Shown: piece by piece, positions 18,401-28,432 of the stretch
Position numbering within the stretch: the first letter of the stretch is position 1
How the letters are laid out: each line of letters opens with the position of its first letter
Virus record (IMG/VR): IMGVR_UViG_3300035158_000136
Coordinates: 1-60,442 of that record
Source: a virus
Taxonomy: Duplodnaviria > Caudoviricetes
Strand: one strand, 5' to 3'
Length of the DNA: 60,442 nucleotides
Made by a program: the position numbers and the translations under genes
Notes under the pieces: generated by a model
The model's input: only the letters and a program-made list of their open reading frames with translations
The model's database searches: none
Told to the model about the DNA's origin: nothing

Positions 18401-19534
18401 GTGGAATTTCTTCGATCTGAACCTCGTTTGGTCGCCTACGCTCCGATTGACCTGAAAGACGCCATCGTCCGTCTGAAAGATGGATTTGGAAACAGTACCT
18501 ATAGCCCGACGGTGGATTCCGGTGGCGCGTCTCAGGGCGCATCGTCGGTCCCGCTTACCGAGGCAACGATGGGATTGACTGTTCCCGTTGGCGCTCACGT
18601 CATGTTCGCAGGCGACACCCAGAAGTACGATGTCACTGGTCGGTCGATCAATGCCACGGGTGAGGATGAAGTCCAATCCCTGGCGTCCATCGCTTCGACC
18701 AGTGGTACGTGGACGCTTAACATCACACTGCCTGGCAACAGTGCGGTAGCGGCTACGCCGATTGATTTCGACGCTACGGCGGCCGAAATCGAAACGGCAA
18801 TCGATTCCGCTTGTGCTGGCCTGTCGGTGAATGGTGTTGCGTTTACGGCCGGTGACATCAGTTGTGCTGGTGGCCCGATCAATACGGCAGCGGTTACGCT
18901 GACGTTTGACGGTGCCAGCGTTGACAAGTTGCCGATTGATGCGTGTACGACTGCTGACGTCAGTCTCAGTGACTCGACGCCGCCTGTTGTGTCCGAGACC
19001 AATGGTGGTGTTGAAGCTGGGGCGACGGATAGCATTACGATTTCGCCGACTCTGCAGATTGCGTTGTCCGGTAGTGAGGTTGTCACCTTCATGCCGATTG
19101 AGCTTGAAATCAAGGTCGGTGAAGGTAATCTGACTTACGACGAAAATCGTGAGTTGGAAATCATCCGCGATCGTGGCCAATTGGACACGTACCGTGAGGG
19201 TGATGAGCAGCCGATGGATGTGTCCTTCGATTTCACGTGGGAATTCCTGTACGCGATCTCCGGTGCTACCACGCCGACGATCGAACAGGCGTTGAAGAAG
19301 GTCGGCCCCGCCTCGACGTGGACGTCTTCGAATACGGATGATCCTTGTGCCGCGTACGTCGTGGACATCGAGATCATCAACGCCCCGGATTGTGGCAACA
19401 TTTTGCCGGAAGTGATTCGACTGCCGAAGTTCTTCTACACGCAGTTGAGCCACGACGGCGATGCGGCCCAAGTGTCCGTCACCGGACAGTGCAATGCGAA
19501 GGAAGCCGTGATTACGCGAACTGCGTCGTACTGA
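18401..19534 (+). CDS. Major tail tube protein with inserted decoration domains
   Basis: GTG start after GAAGGAG; strong codon bias; followed by a terminator and the chaperone gene. Confidence 0.75.
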   Translation: MEFLRSEPRLVAYAPIDLKDAIVRLKDGFGNSTYSPTVDSGGASQGASSVPLTEATMGLTVPVGAHVMFAGDTQKYDVTGRSINATGEDEVQSLASIASTSGTWTLNITLPGNSAVAATPIDFDATAAEIETAIDSACAGLSVNGVAFTAGDISCAGGPINTAAVTLTFDGASVDKLPIDACTTADVSLSDSTPPVVSETNGGVEAGATDSITISPTLQIALSGSEVVTFMPIELEIKVGEGNLTYDENRELEIIRDRGQLDTYREGDEQPMDVSFDFTWEFLYAISGATTPTIEQALKKVGPASTWTSSNTDDPCAAYVVDIEIINAPDCGNILPEVIRLPKFFYTQLSHDGDAAQVSVTGQCNAKEAVITRTASY

Positions 19535-19543
19535 GTTTGATCT

Positions 19544-19581
19544 CAGAGCAGCCCGCATCGGGCGGGCTGCTCTGGGTTTTT
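19544..19581 (+). terminator. Rho-independent terminator after the tail tube gene
   Basis: CAGAGCAGCCCGC-ATCGG-GCGGGCTGCTCTG followed by GGTTTTT. Confidence 0.85.
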
Positions 19582-19603
19582 ATCCTTAGTCAGGAGCTAT
19601 AAG

Positions 19604-20077
19604 ATGAAGCTGAAAGGCAAGAAACCAGGCACAAACATTGAAATGATCATCCTTCCTCGTGGCGGCGAGGATCTCGTTTTCCATGCGAAGGCGATCGACA
19701 GTTTTGATGAATTCGAAAAACTTTGCCCGCCGCCTGAACCGCCGAAGAAAATCCTGCCCGGCGGTGAGAAGATCGAGAACCCACAAGACCCCGAATTCCT
19801 GAAGTCAATGGACAACTATGGTGCCAAGCGTCTTGGCTATATGGTCGTCAAGGGTTTGGCCGAAGGTACGCCGGATCTTGAGTGGGAAAAGGTCAAGCTC
19901 GACAACAACACCACATGGCACTTGTTCCGTGAGGAACTCCGTGAGTCAGGTCTCAGTGACGTTGAAGTCAATCGCCTGGTCGCCGGTGTCATGAAGGCGA
20001 ATAGCCTCAGCGAAATCGCGATCGAGGAGGCAAGGAGACGTTTTTTAGCTTCTCAGCAGGCTCAAGACGAAAGCTGA
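19604..20077 (+). CDS. Tail assembly chaperone (gpG-like)
   Basis: Located between tube and tape measure genes; slippery site near the 3' end. Confidence 0.8.
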   Translation: MKLKGKKPGTNIEMIILPRGGEDLVFHAKAIDSFDEFEKLCPPPEPPKKILPGGEKIENPQDPEFLKSMDNYGAKRLGYMVVKGLAEGTPDLEWEKVKLDNNTTWHLFREELRESGLSDVEVNRLVAGVMKANSLSEIAIEEARRRFLASQQAQDES

Positions 20078-20280
20078 TCATTCCTGACGGGCGTACGATG
20101 CACTACGCCGTCTTTCGGGCCTGCGAGAGATTCGGTTTGAAACCTTGGGAAGATTGGGAGGGTCTCCCAAAATCGGTCAAGGAAGACCTCATCGGTTATA
20201 ATCAAATTCGAGAACATGAAGAACTCGATGTTTTCAACAAGTTCCTCAACAACCTTGTTAAGATAATGAGCAAGCGATGA
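20041..20280 (+). CDS. -1 frameshift extension of the tail chaperone (gpGT-like)
   Basis: T TTT TTA at 20041-20047; the -1 frame is open from 20044 and in frame with ORF 20098-20280. Confidence 0.8.
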   Translation, partial: FFSFSAGSRRKLIIPDGRTMHYAVFRACERFGLKPWEDWEGLPKSVKEDLIGYNQIREHEELDVFNKFLNNLVKIMSKR

Positions 20281-20741
20281 GGTTTCGAGGCACATATCGA
20301 GGCATTGATTTTGATCTCAATAAGTACACTTCTGTACTCGATGAGAGAATGCGCGAACACCTTGAAGAGGGGGCGAGGCTTTGGATAGAAGCAACAACGG
20401 GTCGTGTTCCGCTCTGGTCGGGCATGGCCCGTGCTTCTCTCCTTAAGATTTCGCAATTGGTTAGCGGGCGAATCGCTTTAGCTCCATTGAAGGGTAAGAG
20501 TCGTATTCCGCAGGGAACTAGACTTGGCGAAGCGGAGTTGACAGCAAAGTTTCCTGATTATAAAATCGAAATAGCGACGAGAGTCGAACACTACGTCATT
20601 CAGGAAGATAGAAACGTAGGAAAAAGTAAATCAGCACCTTGGCGATCGTTCAGTGCTGGTGCGGATGCTTTTATCGCGTACGCCGGTTCTATAGGTCTGC
20701 CTCCAGTCGTGTTCCGACGAAAGCTGATTAAAAAGGTTTGA
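20277..20741 (+). CDS. Tail completion/HK97 gp10-like protein
   Basis: RVPLWSGMARAS resembles the P.DTG.LR.S motif. Confidence 0.55.
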   Translation: MRFRGTYRGIDFDLNKYTSVLDERMREHLEEGARLWIEATTGRVPLWSGMARASLLKISQLVSGRIALAPLKGKSRIPQGTRLGEAELTAKFPDYKIEIATRVEHYVIQEDRNVGKSKSAPWRSFSAGADAFIAYAGSIGLPPVVFRRKLIKKV

Positions 20742-20742
20742 C

Positions 20743-23700
20743 ATGGCTGACGAAATCAGAACAGAACTAGGCTTTGAAGCCCAAGCAGCAATCGCAACGC
20801 TGACCCGTATGAAAGCGGAGTTAGATGCGTATAATGCTGCTATGGCTGCGGCGGCAACGTCTACTGGGAGATACAACAGATCAGGTGCGCAGTTTGACAA
20901 GACCGCGGCCAGCGCTGCCAGTTCAATTCGAACTCTGTCGGCTGAGGCACAAAACTTCAATAAGACTGCCGGTGCTGGTGTAGGACAGACAACTGTCCTG
21001 TATGACCAGTATGGGAATGTTCTTTCAACTGTTGGCAAAAAGCAGAAAGAAGCTGCTAGCAGCGCTGACGATCTTGGCAACCGTCTTGAGGATGCGGGCA
21101 GGAAGGGTCGAGAATCCGGCAAAGCGGTTCTCTTGACTTGGCAGTCTGTCGCCAGAATTTTCGCCATTCAAACAATTCACCGATTCATCACGCTGGTTAC
21201 GGACGCCTTTGCGGACGGTCTCAATGATGCCCGTGCTTATCAGGTGTCATTGGCTGAAGTCCAGACCATTGGTAAGGATCTTAACCTTAGCCTGACCGAG
21301 TTGGACGATAGAGTTCGGAGTCTTTCGGAGCAATTTGCACAACCGCTCGAAGTGGTGTCCGAAGGTCTCTATCAAACTTTATCGAACCAAGTGGCTGATG
21401 GTGCGCAGGCGTTTGAGTTCCTTGCAACGGCCAATAAGTTCGCGGTAGCAGCTGTAACTGATACGGGTTCCGCCGTGAACCTGCTGTCTTCGGCCATCAA
21501 TGCTTATGGCTTCTCTGCGGCTGAGGCAGACACCGTTGCTGGTAAATTGTTCAAGACCATCGAATTGGGTCGTATTCGTGGTGAAGAGTTCGCTAATACG
21601 TATGGACGTGTTCTTGTTCTCTCGTCACAGCTGGGTGTTTCGTTCGATGAAGTGAACGCTGCTGTTGCAACCTTGACCGTTCAAGGTTTGAAATACAATG
21701 AAGCGTTCACGCTTATCAACAATATCAATTTGAAATTGATCCGACCCACCGAGGCGCTACAGGAAACCTTCAATGAAATGGGTGTGGCTAGCGCTGAAGC
21801 TGGTATCCAAGCATTCGGTTTCTCTGGTTTTCTGGAGCAATTGACGGATCGTGCCGGAGATTCTGCTTCTGAAATCGGTGAATTATTCAACCGAGTTCGA
21901 GCAGTTCGCGGTGTTCTTGGTTTGGCTGGTAATGCTACCGAGAAGATGGTTAGTAACTTGAAAGAGTTGCAAGCAGCTGGTGAAGTTGACTTACAAGAAG
22001 CGTTCGATACCATTTTCGAGACAGACGCCAAACGTTTCGAGCAGGAAATTACAAGGATTCGAAACGTCTTTGTTTCTTCGTTTGGTCAAGGGGCTATCCG
22101 TACGCTCAATGCATTCTTTAACGCTTTCGGTGGTGGTCCTGAGACGATCCAAGCTCTCACGAGTGCTATCGTGGTTGCTGGGGCCGCGTACCTCAACTTC
22201 TCAATCGGCATCATCACTAGAAATACGCTTGTGTCCTTGTCTTTCAAGGGCTTGTTAGCGTCCGTTGTTAAGGCGCGCATTGCTCTTATGTCATTCCTGG
22301 CGACACCGTTGGGTGCGGCTTTGGCTATCGGTGCGGCTGTCGCTGCGATCGTGGTATCAATCAACAACATTCGTAACGCTGCGAAGCGAGCGGCTGAGGA
22401 GGTTAAGAAGGAACAAGAGGAACTCTCTAAGATCGCTTTGACTGAGGAACGGCTCCGCCAGAAGGCAGCTGAAGGTTCTCAGCAAGAGATTCTTTCCAGT
22501 ACGCAGAGATTCTTGCAGGAACGACAGAAACTGTGGCTGCAAGATGCTCGTTTCGCTGAAGAACTGCAAGACGCAGTTTTCGGTAGCATTGCGGATCAGG
22601 TTGATGATCGTCTTGGTGCCTACGAATCTTTCGTTCAAGGCATTCGTGACGTGTCGGCCGACGCTGCGGATAATATCAGAGATTTGCAGCAGCAATTGCT
22701 CGGAGCACAATTTGCTATTGAGAAATTCAATTTTGATCGTAGCCTCAGAGGTTTGAACGACCAACAGAAAATCTTCAAGCAGATTGAGCGATCACAGAGT
22801 CTGCTTGGACAGTCCGCTGCGGCGTTGCAACGTGGTGACGCCAAGCGTGCGGAAGAGTTGCGCAAGCAGGCTGAATCCGTTGCGAAAGAAGCTCTTAGCA
22901 CCGCAGATACGTCTAAGAATCGCGCCTCCATTTTCCGAGCCACACAACAAGTACAACGCGCACTTGCACAACAACAACGAATTATCGAAGAACAGATCGA
23001 GAAGGAACAAGAACAAGTCCAAATTGCGGATAAAATCAGAGCACAAGAGGAAGCGCGAAGAACACGAATTGAAGTATTGCAGCAGAAAATCAAAGAACTT
23101 ACCGACATTGTTGAGAAGGGTGAGGTCAAACCAGATATTGACCTCGACACGATTCGAGATCAGGTCGGCAAACTAACAAAGCAGCTCGATGCAGAACTTG
23201 AGGCTGCTGGCAAGAATGCTCGAATTCTTGAAGCATACGACCCGGATGTCGGTGCGCTTCGACAGAAATTCCGGGAGGCTTTCCGTGATCCGATTACAGG
23301 GATTGAGATTGATCTCACTGACGTTGTTGACATTAACCTTCAACGAATTCTGAACAAACTCAATGCACAAGCTGATGCAATTCCCGATAGTCAGAAACTT
23401 GCTTTTGAGAAATTGACTGGTGTCGAGATCGGTGCACGGGGCTTCAAAGATGCACAAGAGGCACTGCCGGAAATTGAGAGGGATCTCGAACGCGCCAAAA
23501 CAGCCACGCAAGATATAATTATTGCAACGAAGGATTGGACAAATGCCCTAACAGATGCGCGCACAGCGGCCGTTGACGTTGTTGATACGGCTATCCAGAT
23601 CGGACGACAAACGTTTGCCCGAGCAGATCCAAAAGCAGGATGGTTCTCACCACAATTTTGGACGGCATTAGCCTCTCAAGTAGCCAACACTGGTCGAACA

Positions 23701-24546
23701 CTTGCCTTTAACGCAGGAATCTTCAAAGAAACAGAATTTCAAGCACTTGATCCTGTACTCAAAGGTATTGTCACCCGATTTATTCAGTTTCAACAAGTCG
23801 CGGAGAAAGCACTTTCAGCCGAAACTTTTGACGCATCTGCTGCCGCGGAGGCCACGCGATCGTTGCGTGATCTTGCCAATGAAGCAGAAATGCGCGGATT
23901 CCCTGATCTTGCAAAACAGATTCGGGAAGCAAGTAGCGCGCTTGGGACCATTGTTACCGAGGCCGAGAAGGCGGCTGGTCTCCAAGTTGTGGCTGAGACA
24001 CTGACTCCGCTTGAGGATAGAATCAAAGCCGTTGGCGAGGCATTTGGACAGCAGTCTACTAAGGCTCAAGACGCTGGTACTGCTGGTCAGAATGCTGGAC
24101 GAGTTGCTGCTTCCGGGCAGGCGGCTCTTAAAGGCGCAGTCGAAGACACCAATGCCAGTCTACAACGGCAAATTGACCTTCAAAGTCAGGCTGGAGCCGC
24201 ACAGAACAGGGCTTTTGGCGGCTTAATGCGTCGCATGGGCGGTCTGGCCTATTTACAGGAAGGCGGAATGCCAGCGGGTACCGATAGACTTCCAGCTATG
24301 CTTTCAGCCGGTGAGTCTGTCAATACTGCTGCCGCGACTCGTGATTTCTTCCCTCAGATTCAAGCGATGAACGCTGGCATCAGACCAGTATTCCGCGATC
24401 AGGGTGGGGAAGTCACGAACGTTGGACCTATAAGCATTAGTGTCTCGGAAACCACTAATGCTCGCGAAACTGCTCGCGAAATCATGAAGCAGTTCAAACG
24501 TGAGACGAGACGCTCAACTTACAACGCAAGGAGAACTGGTCAATGA
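20743..24546 (+). CDS. Tape measure protein (TP901-like core)
   Basis: 1267 aa, Ala-rich and helical; EGLYQTLS, LFKTIELGR, and C-terminal GTD.LPAMLSAGESV. Confidence 0.9.
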   Translation: MADEIRTELGFEAQAAIATLTRMKAELDAYNAAMAAAATSTGRYNRSGAQFDKTAASAASSIRTLSAEAQNFNKTAGAGVGQTTVLYDQYGNVLSTVGKKQKEAASSADDLGNRLEDAGRKGRESGKAVLLTWQSVARIFAIQTIHRFITLVTDAFADGLNDARAYQVSLAEVQTIGKDLNLSLTELDDRVRSLSEQFAQPLEVVSEGLYQTLSNQVADGAQAFEFLATANKFAVAAVTDTGSAVNLLSSAINAYGFSAAEADTVAGKLFKTIELGRIRGEEFANTYGRVLVLSSQLGVSFDEVNAAVATLTVQGLKYNEAFTLINNINLKLIRPTEALQETFNEMGVASAEAGIQAFGFSGFLEQLTDRAGDSASEIGELFNRVRAVRGVLGLAGNATEKMVSNLKELQAAGEVDLQEAFDTIFETDAKRFEQEITRIRNVFVSSFGQGAIRTLNAFFNAFGGGPETIQALTSAIVVAGAAYLNFSIGIITRNTLVSLSFKGLLASVVKARIALMSFLATPLGAALAIGAAVAAIVVSINNIRNAAKRAAEEVKKEQEELSKIALTEERLRQKAAEGSQQEILSSTQRFLQERQKLWLQDARFAEELQDAVFGSIADQVDDRLGAYESFVQGIRDVSADAADNIRDLQQQLLGAQFAIEKFNFDRSLRGLNDQQKIFKQIERSQSLLGQSAAALQRGDAKRAEELRKQAESVAKEALSTADTSKNRASIFRATQQVQRALAQQQRIIEEQIEKEQEQVQIADKIRAQEEARRTRIEVLQQKIKELTDIVEKGEVKPDIDLDTIRDQVGKLTKQLDAELEAAGKNARILEAYDPDVGALRQKFREAFRDPITGIEIDLTDVVDINLQRILNKLNAQADAIPDSQKLAFEKLTGVEIGARGFKDAQEALPEIERDLERAKTATQDIIIATKDWTNALTDARTAAVDVVDTAIQIGRQTFARADPKAGWFSPQFWTALASQVANTGRTLAFNAGIFKETEFQALDPVLKGIVTRFIQFQQVAEKALSAETFDASAAAEATRSLRDLANEAEMRGFPDLAKQIREASSALGTIVTEAEKAAGLQVVAETLTPLEDRIKAVGEAFGQQSTKAQDAGTAGQNAGRVAASGQAALKGAVEDTNASLQRQIDLQSQAGAAQNRAFGGLMRRMGGLAYLQEGGMPAGTDRLPAMLSAGESVNTAAATRDFFPQIQAMNAGIRPVFRDQGGEVTNVGPISISVSETTNARETAREIMKQFKRETRRSTYNARRTGQ

Positions 24547-25268
24547 ATCAGCGTCAAATAGAGCGCAGAAAGCGATTCGCTGCAATGCGCAGACGACAAT
24601 TGGAGCGCGAGGAGCGGCAAGATCCGCAGCAGCGCGCCGAATGTGTTGTCGGTAAGACACCACGTGGGCCGTGGGGCGGAGATCCAAATCGAAACCAGCG
24701 TCATCGCTGGGTTGATCAACCCATGTTCCAGGGTGGTTCATTTGCTGTCGAGCACATTCGTGATGGCGAAGTGATTGGACGACATGAGTTCCCCAATGGC
24801 ATCGTCAATGAGGGACTCAACAACAACCTGAACGTGTACTTTGACAGTGGTACGCAGCGTACCGCTTGGTACATGGGTTTGATCGATAATTCCGGTTATT
24901 CGGCTCTCGATGCGACGGACATTTACGACGACATCAATCAAGTCGGTAACGGTTGGGATGAGTTCGACGACTACACCGATGCTAACAACGGTGACAGTGC
25001 GACAACTCGTCCCGAGTGGCCACCGGATGCGGCCTCCGGCCAGTCAATTACCAACACCACGACCAAGGCCATTTTCGACATTACGGCCTCGGGTACGGTG
25101 AAGGGTATCTTCATTGCCGGTGGTACGAATGCGCAGACGAAAAATGACCATACAGCCGGAACGGCCAATACGTTGTGGTCAACGGCTTTGTTCAGTGGTG
25201 GCGATGTGACGGTTCAGAACGGTGACCAGTTGAAGGTGACCTACACGGTCAACGCTTCGACTACGTAA
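24543..25268 (+). CDS. Minor tail/baseplate-proximal protein
   Basis: NGIVNEGL...WYMGLI...TVKGIFI...GDQLKVTYTV pattern seen in siphophage minor tail proteins. Confidence 0.65.
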   Translation: MNQRQIERRKRFAAMRRRQLEREERQDPQQRAECVVGKTPRGPWGGDPNRNQRHRWVDQPMFQGGSFAVEHIRDGEVIGRHEFPNGIVNEGLNNNLNVYFDSGTQRTAWYMGLIDNSGYSALDATDIYDDINQVGNGWDEFDDYTDANNGDSATTRPEWPPDAASGQSITNTTTKAIFDITASGTVKGIFIAGGTNAQTKNDHTAGTANTLWSTALFSGGDVTVQNGDQLKVTYTVNASTT

Positions 25269-25285
25269 TCACTGAGCCTAAAATC

Positions 25286-25322
25286 AAGCCGGGGTAGGCT
25301 CACCACCTACCCTGGTTTCTTT
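25286..25322 (+). terminator. Probable terminator/hairpin
   Basis: GCCGGGGTAGG-CTCCACCA-CCTACCCTGGT followed by TTCTTT. Confidence 0.55.
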
Positions 25323-25340
25323 CCAAAATGGAGAGTGATC

Positions 25341-26372
25341 ATGACCCTGCTTTGGATCGAAGGTTTCGAAACATATGGCGATACCGATGGTGTTGCGCCT
25401 GATGGTATGGAAGAACGTTACTCTTCCACTTATCGTATTGATTTTACGGACATTGAAGCAGGGCGCATCGCTGGCCATCGTTGGTACACGAACACGAGTT
25501 CCGTTCCGTATATTCGGACCAAGAGTTTTGGGTCCATTACGGAATGGATTGTTGGGTTTGCTTTCAAAGCAGAGCAACTCAGCAACATGAAGATCATGAC
25601 CACGTTCGAACCTGGTGCTCTTGAAGGCGTCAATTTGAGATTAACCGCAGCCGGGGAATTTGCGGTCTATCGTCTCAATAGCTTGTTGGGAACGACCAGT
25701 GGTATTAGTCTTTCGGCTGATACGTGGTGTTATCTCGAATTACGTTGCTTGATCCATAACACTGCCGGTGAGGTTGAACTCAAAGTCAATGAGACACAGG
25801 AGCTTAACCTCACTGGTCAGGATACTCGTCGAGGCGGTATTGCCGAGACGAACCAATTCCAATTCCAAGGAAGCTCGACGTATCCCAACAATTTCAGTTT
25901 CGATGACATTTATATCCTGACTACGACAGGAAGCAATAACAACGACTTTCTTGGAAACTCGCGTGTTGACGCGATATTCCCGAATGCCGCTGGTGATGCA
26001 TCTGACTTTACACCCGATTCCGGTTCAAACTATGATCGAGTGGACGAGAATCCGCCTGACGGTGACACCAGTTACGTTGAATCTAGTACGGCCGGACACC
26101 AAGACCTTTACAACTATGAGTCTGTGTTGGCCGGAACGGTCGGCATCAAGGGTATTCAAATCAATACTGAATGTCGAGAGACGGATGCTCAGAACTACGA
26201 TTTGAAAACGCTCGTCAAATCTGGTGCAACGACGGATGCGGACGCCGGTCAGTCGATTGGTACAACGAGCTACAAATCGTTGCATCGAATTGTGGAAGAA
26301 GATCCAAATACGTCCGCTGCCTGGACCGCGGGCGGAGTCAATAACGCACAATTCGGTGCGGAGGTCGCTTAA
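25341..26372 (+). CDS. Lectin-like (LamG/ConA-type) tail protein, paralogue 1
   Basis: LLWIEGFE...DTWCYLEL...ELKVNE...FDDIYI...NNDFLG...AQFGAEV. Confidence 0.7.
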   Translation: MTLLWIEGFETYGDTDGVAPDGMEERYSSTYRIDFTDIEAGRIAGHRWYTNTSSVPYIRTKSFGSITEWIVGFAFKAEQLSNMKIMTTFEPGALEGVNLRLTAAGEFAVYRLNSLLGTTSGISLSADTWCYLELRCLIHNTAGEVELKVNETQELNLTGQDTRRGGIAETNQFQFQGSSTYPNNFSFDDIYILTTTGSNNNDFLGNSRVDAIFPNAAGDASDFTPDSGSNYDRVDENPPDGDTSYVESSTAGHQDLYNYESVLAGTVGIKGIQINTECRETDAQNYDLKTLVKSGATTDADAGQSIGTTSYKSLHRIVEEDPNTSAAWTAGGVNNAQFGAEVA

Positions 26373-26374
26373 TC

Positions 26375-27403
26375 ATGGCTCTTCTCTGGATTGAAGGCTT
26401 TGAGGCTTTTAACACTGCCGGTAACATTCCTAGCACAATGACTAGGAAATACGCGGCCACCAACCGTGTGAGTAATACACACATTGGTGCTGGTCGTGTA
26501 GCTGGCTTGGCGTGGAAAGCTGATACTAGCGCAGTTCCGTATATCACGACCAAGGATCTTGGCGGTACTATCACTACGATTATCGTAGGATTTGCTTTTA
26601 AAGCTGAGAGACTATCTTCGCAGACGTTTCTGAAATTCTTCGAGACTGGTTCCGTAGCCGGTATGGAATTGCGTCTTAATTCTTCCGGTGCGCTTTCTGT
26701 ATATCGGACGTCAACGCATCTTTCGTCAACGGCCAGTGGTATAATCTCTGCGAATACTTGGTACTATATCGAGTTTAAGTACACTATCAATAACACGACC
26801 GGCAGCTATACACTCAAAGTCAACGAAGAACAACTCATCAATGAGACAAGTAAGGATACGCAGCAAGGTGGCACCGCGGATATTGACGCCGTAAGGTTCC
26901 AAGGAAGTGCTCTTTACCCAGATAACTTTTGGTTCGATGACGTCTACATCTGCGATGACAGCGGCTCCGTCAACAATGATTTTCTTGGGAACTGCCGAGT
27001 CGATGATCTTTTGCCGAATGCGGCTGGTGATCAGACTGATTTTACCCCCAGCGATGGTTCAAACTATGCCGCAATGGATGAAGTGCCGCCCGATGACGAC
27101 ACGACGTATGTTGAATCTTCGACATCCACAGATCAGGATCTCTACAACTACACGTCGATGCCGACGGTGGGTACGATTCATGGCGTCCAGATCAATACGA
27201 TGGTTCGGGAAACCGATGCCTCTGATTTTACACTCAAAACGTTGATCAAGACCGGAACGACGACAAGCGCCGACTCGGCACAGGCGATTGCTGGTCAAAC
27301 CTATGAAGTATTACGCAGGGTCGCAGAGCAAGATCCTGACACATCGTCCGCCTGGACTGAGAGTGGCTTGAATGGTGCTCAATTCGGCCTGGAGGTAGGT
27401 TAA
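26375..27403 (+). CDS. Lectin-like tail protein, paralogue 2
   Basis: Same motif series (NTWYYIEFK, FDDVYI, AQFGLEVG). Confidence 0.7.
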   Translation: MALLWIEGFEAFNTAGNIPSTMTRKYAATNRVSNTHIGAGRVAGLAWKADTSAVPYITTKDLGGTITTIIVGFAFKAERLSSQTFLKFFETGSVAGMELRLNSSGALSVYRTSTHLSSTASGIISANTWYYIEFKYTINNTTGSYTLKVNEEQLINETSKDTQQGGTADIDAVRFQGSALYPDNFWFDDVYICDDSGSVNNDFLGNCRVDDLLPNAAGDQTDFTPSDGSNYAAMDEVPPDDDTTYVESSTSTDQDLYNYTSMPTVGTIHGVQINTMVRETDASDFTLKTLIKTGTTTSADSAQAIAGQTYEVLRRVAEQDPDTSSAWTESGLNGAQFGLEVG

Positions 27404-27405
27404 TC

Positions 27406-28428
27406 ATGGCTCTTCTCTGGATCGAAGGTTTCGAGGGTTTTGGTACTACTGGTGCGCCGCAAGGCGTAGAAGAGAAGTACCTTGAAACTCATCGAATCAG
27501 CTTCACGGTACTCGACACAGGCCGTTTGGCGGGTTATGCCTGGAAATCAACCACCAGTTCCAATCCGCAAATCACAACAGAGCATCTCGGTGGTGCTTCA
27601 ACTATCGTTGTCGGCTTTGGCTTCAAGGTGAACAGGGTTGTCAGTAACCTCAGTATTTTTGAATTCTATGAGCCAGGCAAAACTTTGGGAATGAATCTCC
27701 AGATCATTGGGGATGAACTCAGAGTTCGACGCGGCAGCACAACTCTTGCCACCACGTCTACGCTCAATCTCCAGGTTGATACTTGGTATTACATCGAGTT
27801 CAAAGTCACAGTCCACAACTCGGCTGGTGCTTACGAACTTCGAGTCGATGAAACAACGGAGTTAAGTGCCTCAAGTATTGATACACAGGCAAGCAGTTTC
27901 GCTCAAATTGATCTTGCAAAATGGATTATGCCGTCGTCTTCTCTTGACCATATGTGGTTTGACGACATTTATATCTTGGACAACTCAGGTTCAAACAATA
28001 ACGATTTCCTTGGGAAGTGTCGTGTTGATGGGATTCTTCCAGACGCTGCCGGTGATCAGACTGATTTTACCCCCAGTGCTGGTGCGAACTACGCGGCAAT
28101 GGATGAAAACCCTGACGATGGCGATACGACTTATGTGGAGTCGGATACAGCGACTGATCAGGATCTCTACAACTACGCTTCAATGCCTGCCAGTATTGGC
28201 GGTGTCAGAGGCGTTCAAATCAATACGCTGGCAAGGTTGACTGACGCAGAGAGTTTCGACCTCAAAACACTTGTCAAGTCTGGAACGACAACGGACGCTG
28301 ATTCAGGTCAACCGGCAACGAACGACTACCGTGTACTGCGACGAATTGTTGAAGAAGATCCTGACACATCTGCACTCTGGACCGAGAGCGGCATCAATGC
28401 GGCCCAATTTGGCCTTGAAGTAGGATAA
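27406..28428 (+). CDS. Lectin-like tail protein, paralogue 3
   Basis: Same motif series (DTWYYIEFK, FDDIYI, AQFGLEVG). Confidence 0.7.
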   Translation: MALLWIEGFEGFGTTGAPQGVEEKYLETHRISFTVLDTGRLAGYAWKSTTSSNPQITTEHLGGASTIVVGFGFKVNRVVSNLSIFEFYEPGKTLGMNLQIIGDELRVRRGSTTLATTSTLNLQVDTWYYIEFKVTVHNSAGAYELRVDETTELSASSIDTQASSFAQIDLAKWIMPSSSLDHMWFDDIYILDNSGSNNNDFLGKCRVDGILPDAAGDQTDFTPSAGANYAAMDENPDDGDTTYVESDTATDQDLYNYASMPASIGGVRGVQINTLARLTDAESFDLKTLVKSGTTTDADSGQPATNDYRVLRRIVEEDPDTSALWTESGINAAQFGLEVG

Positions 28429-28432
28429 GATC

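Noticed and set aside
18383-19558. 391-aa minus-strand ORF
   Set aside because: Antisense shadow of the tail tube gene.
25341-28428. Diversity-generating retroelement acting on the tail paralogues
   Set aside because: No reverse transcriptase and no template/variable repeat pair with adenine-specific differences seen.
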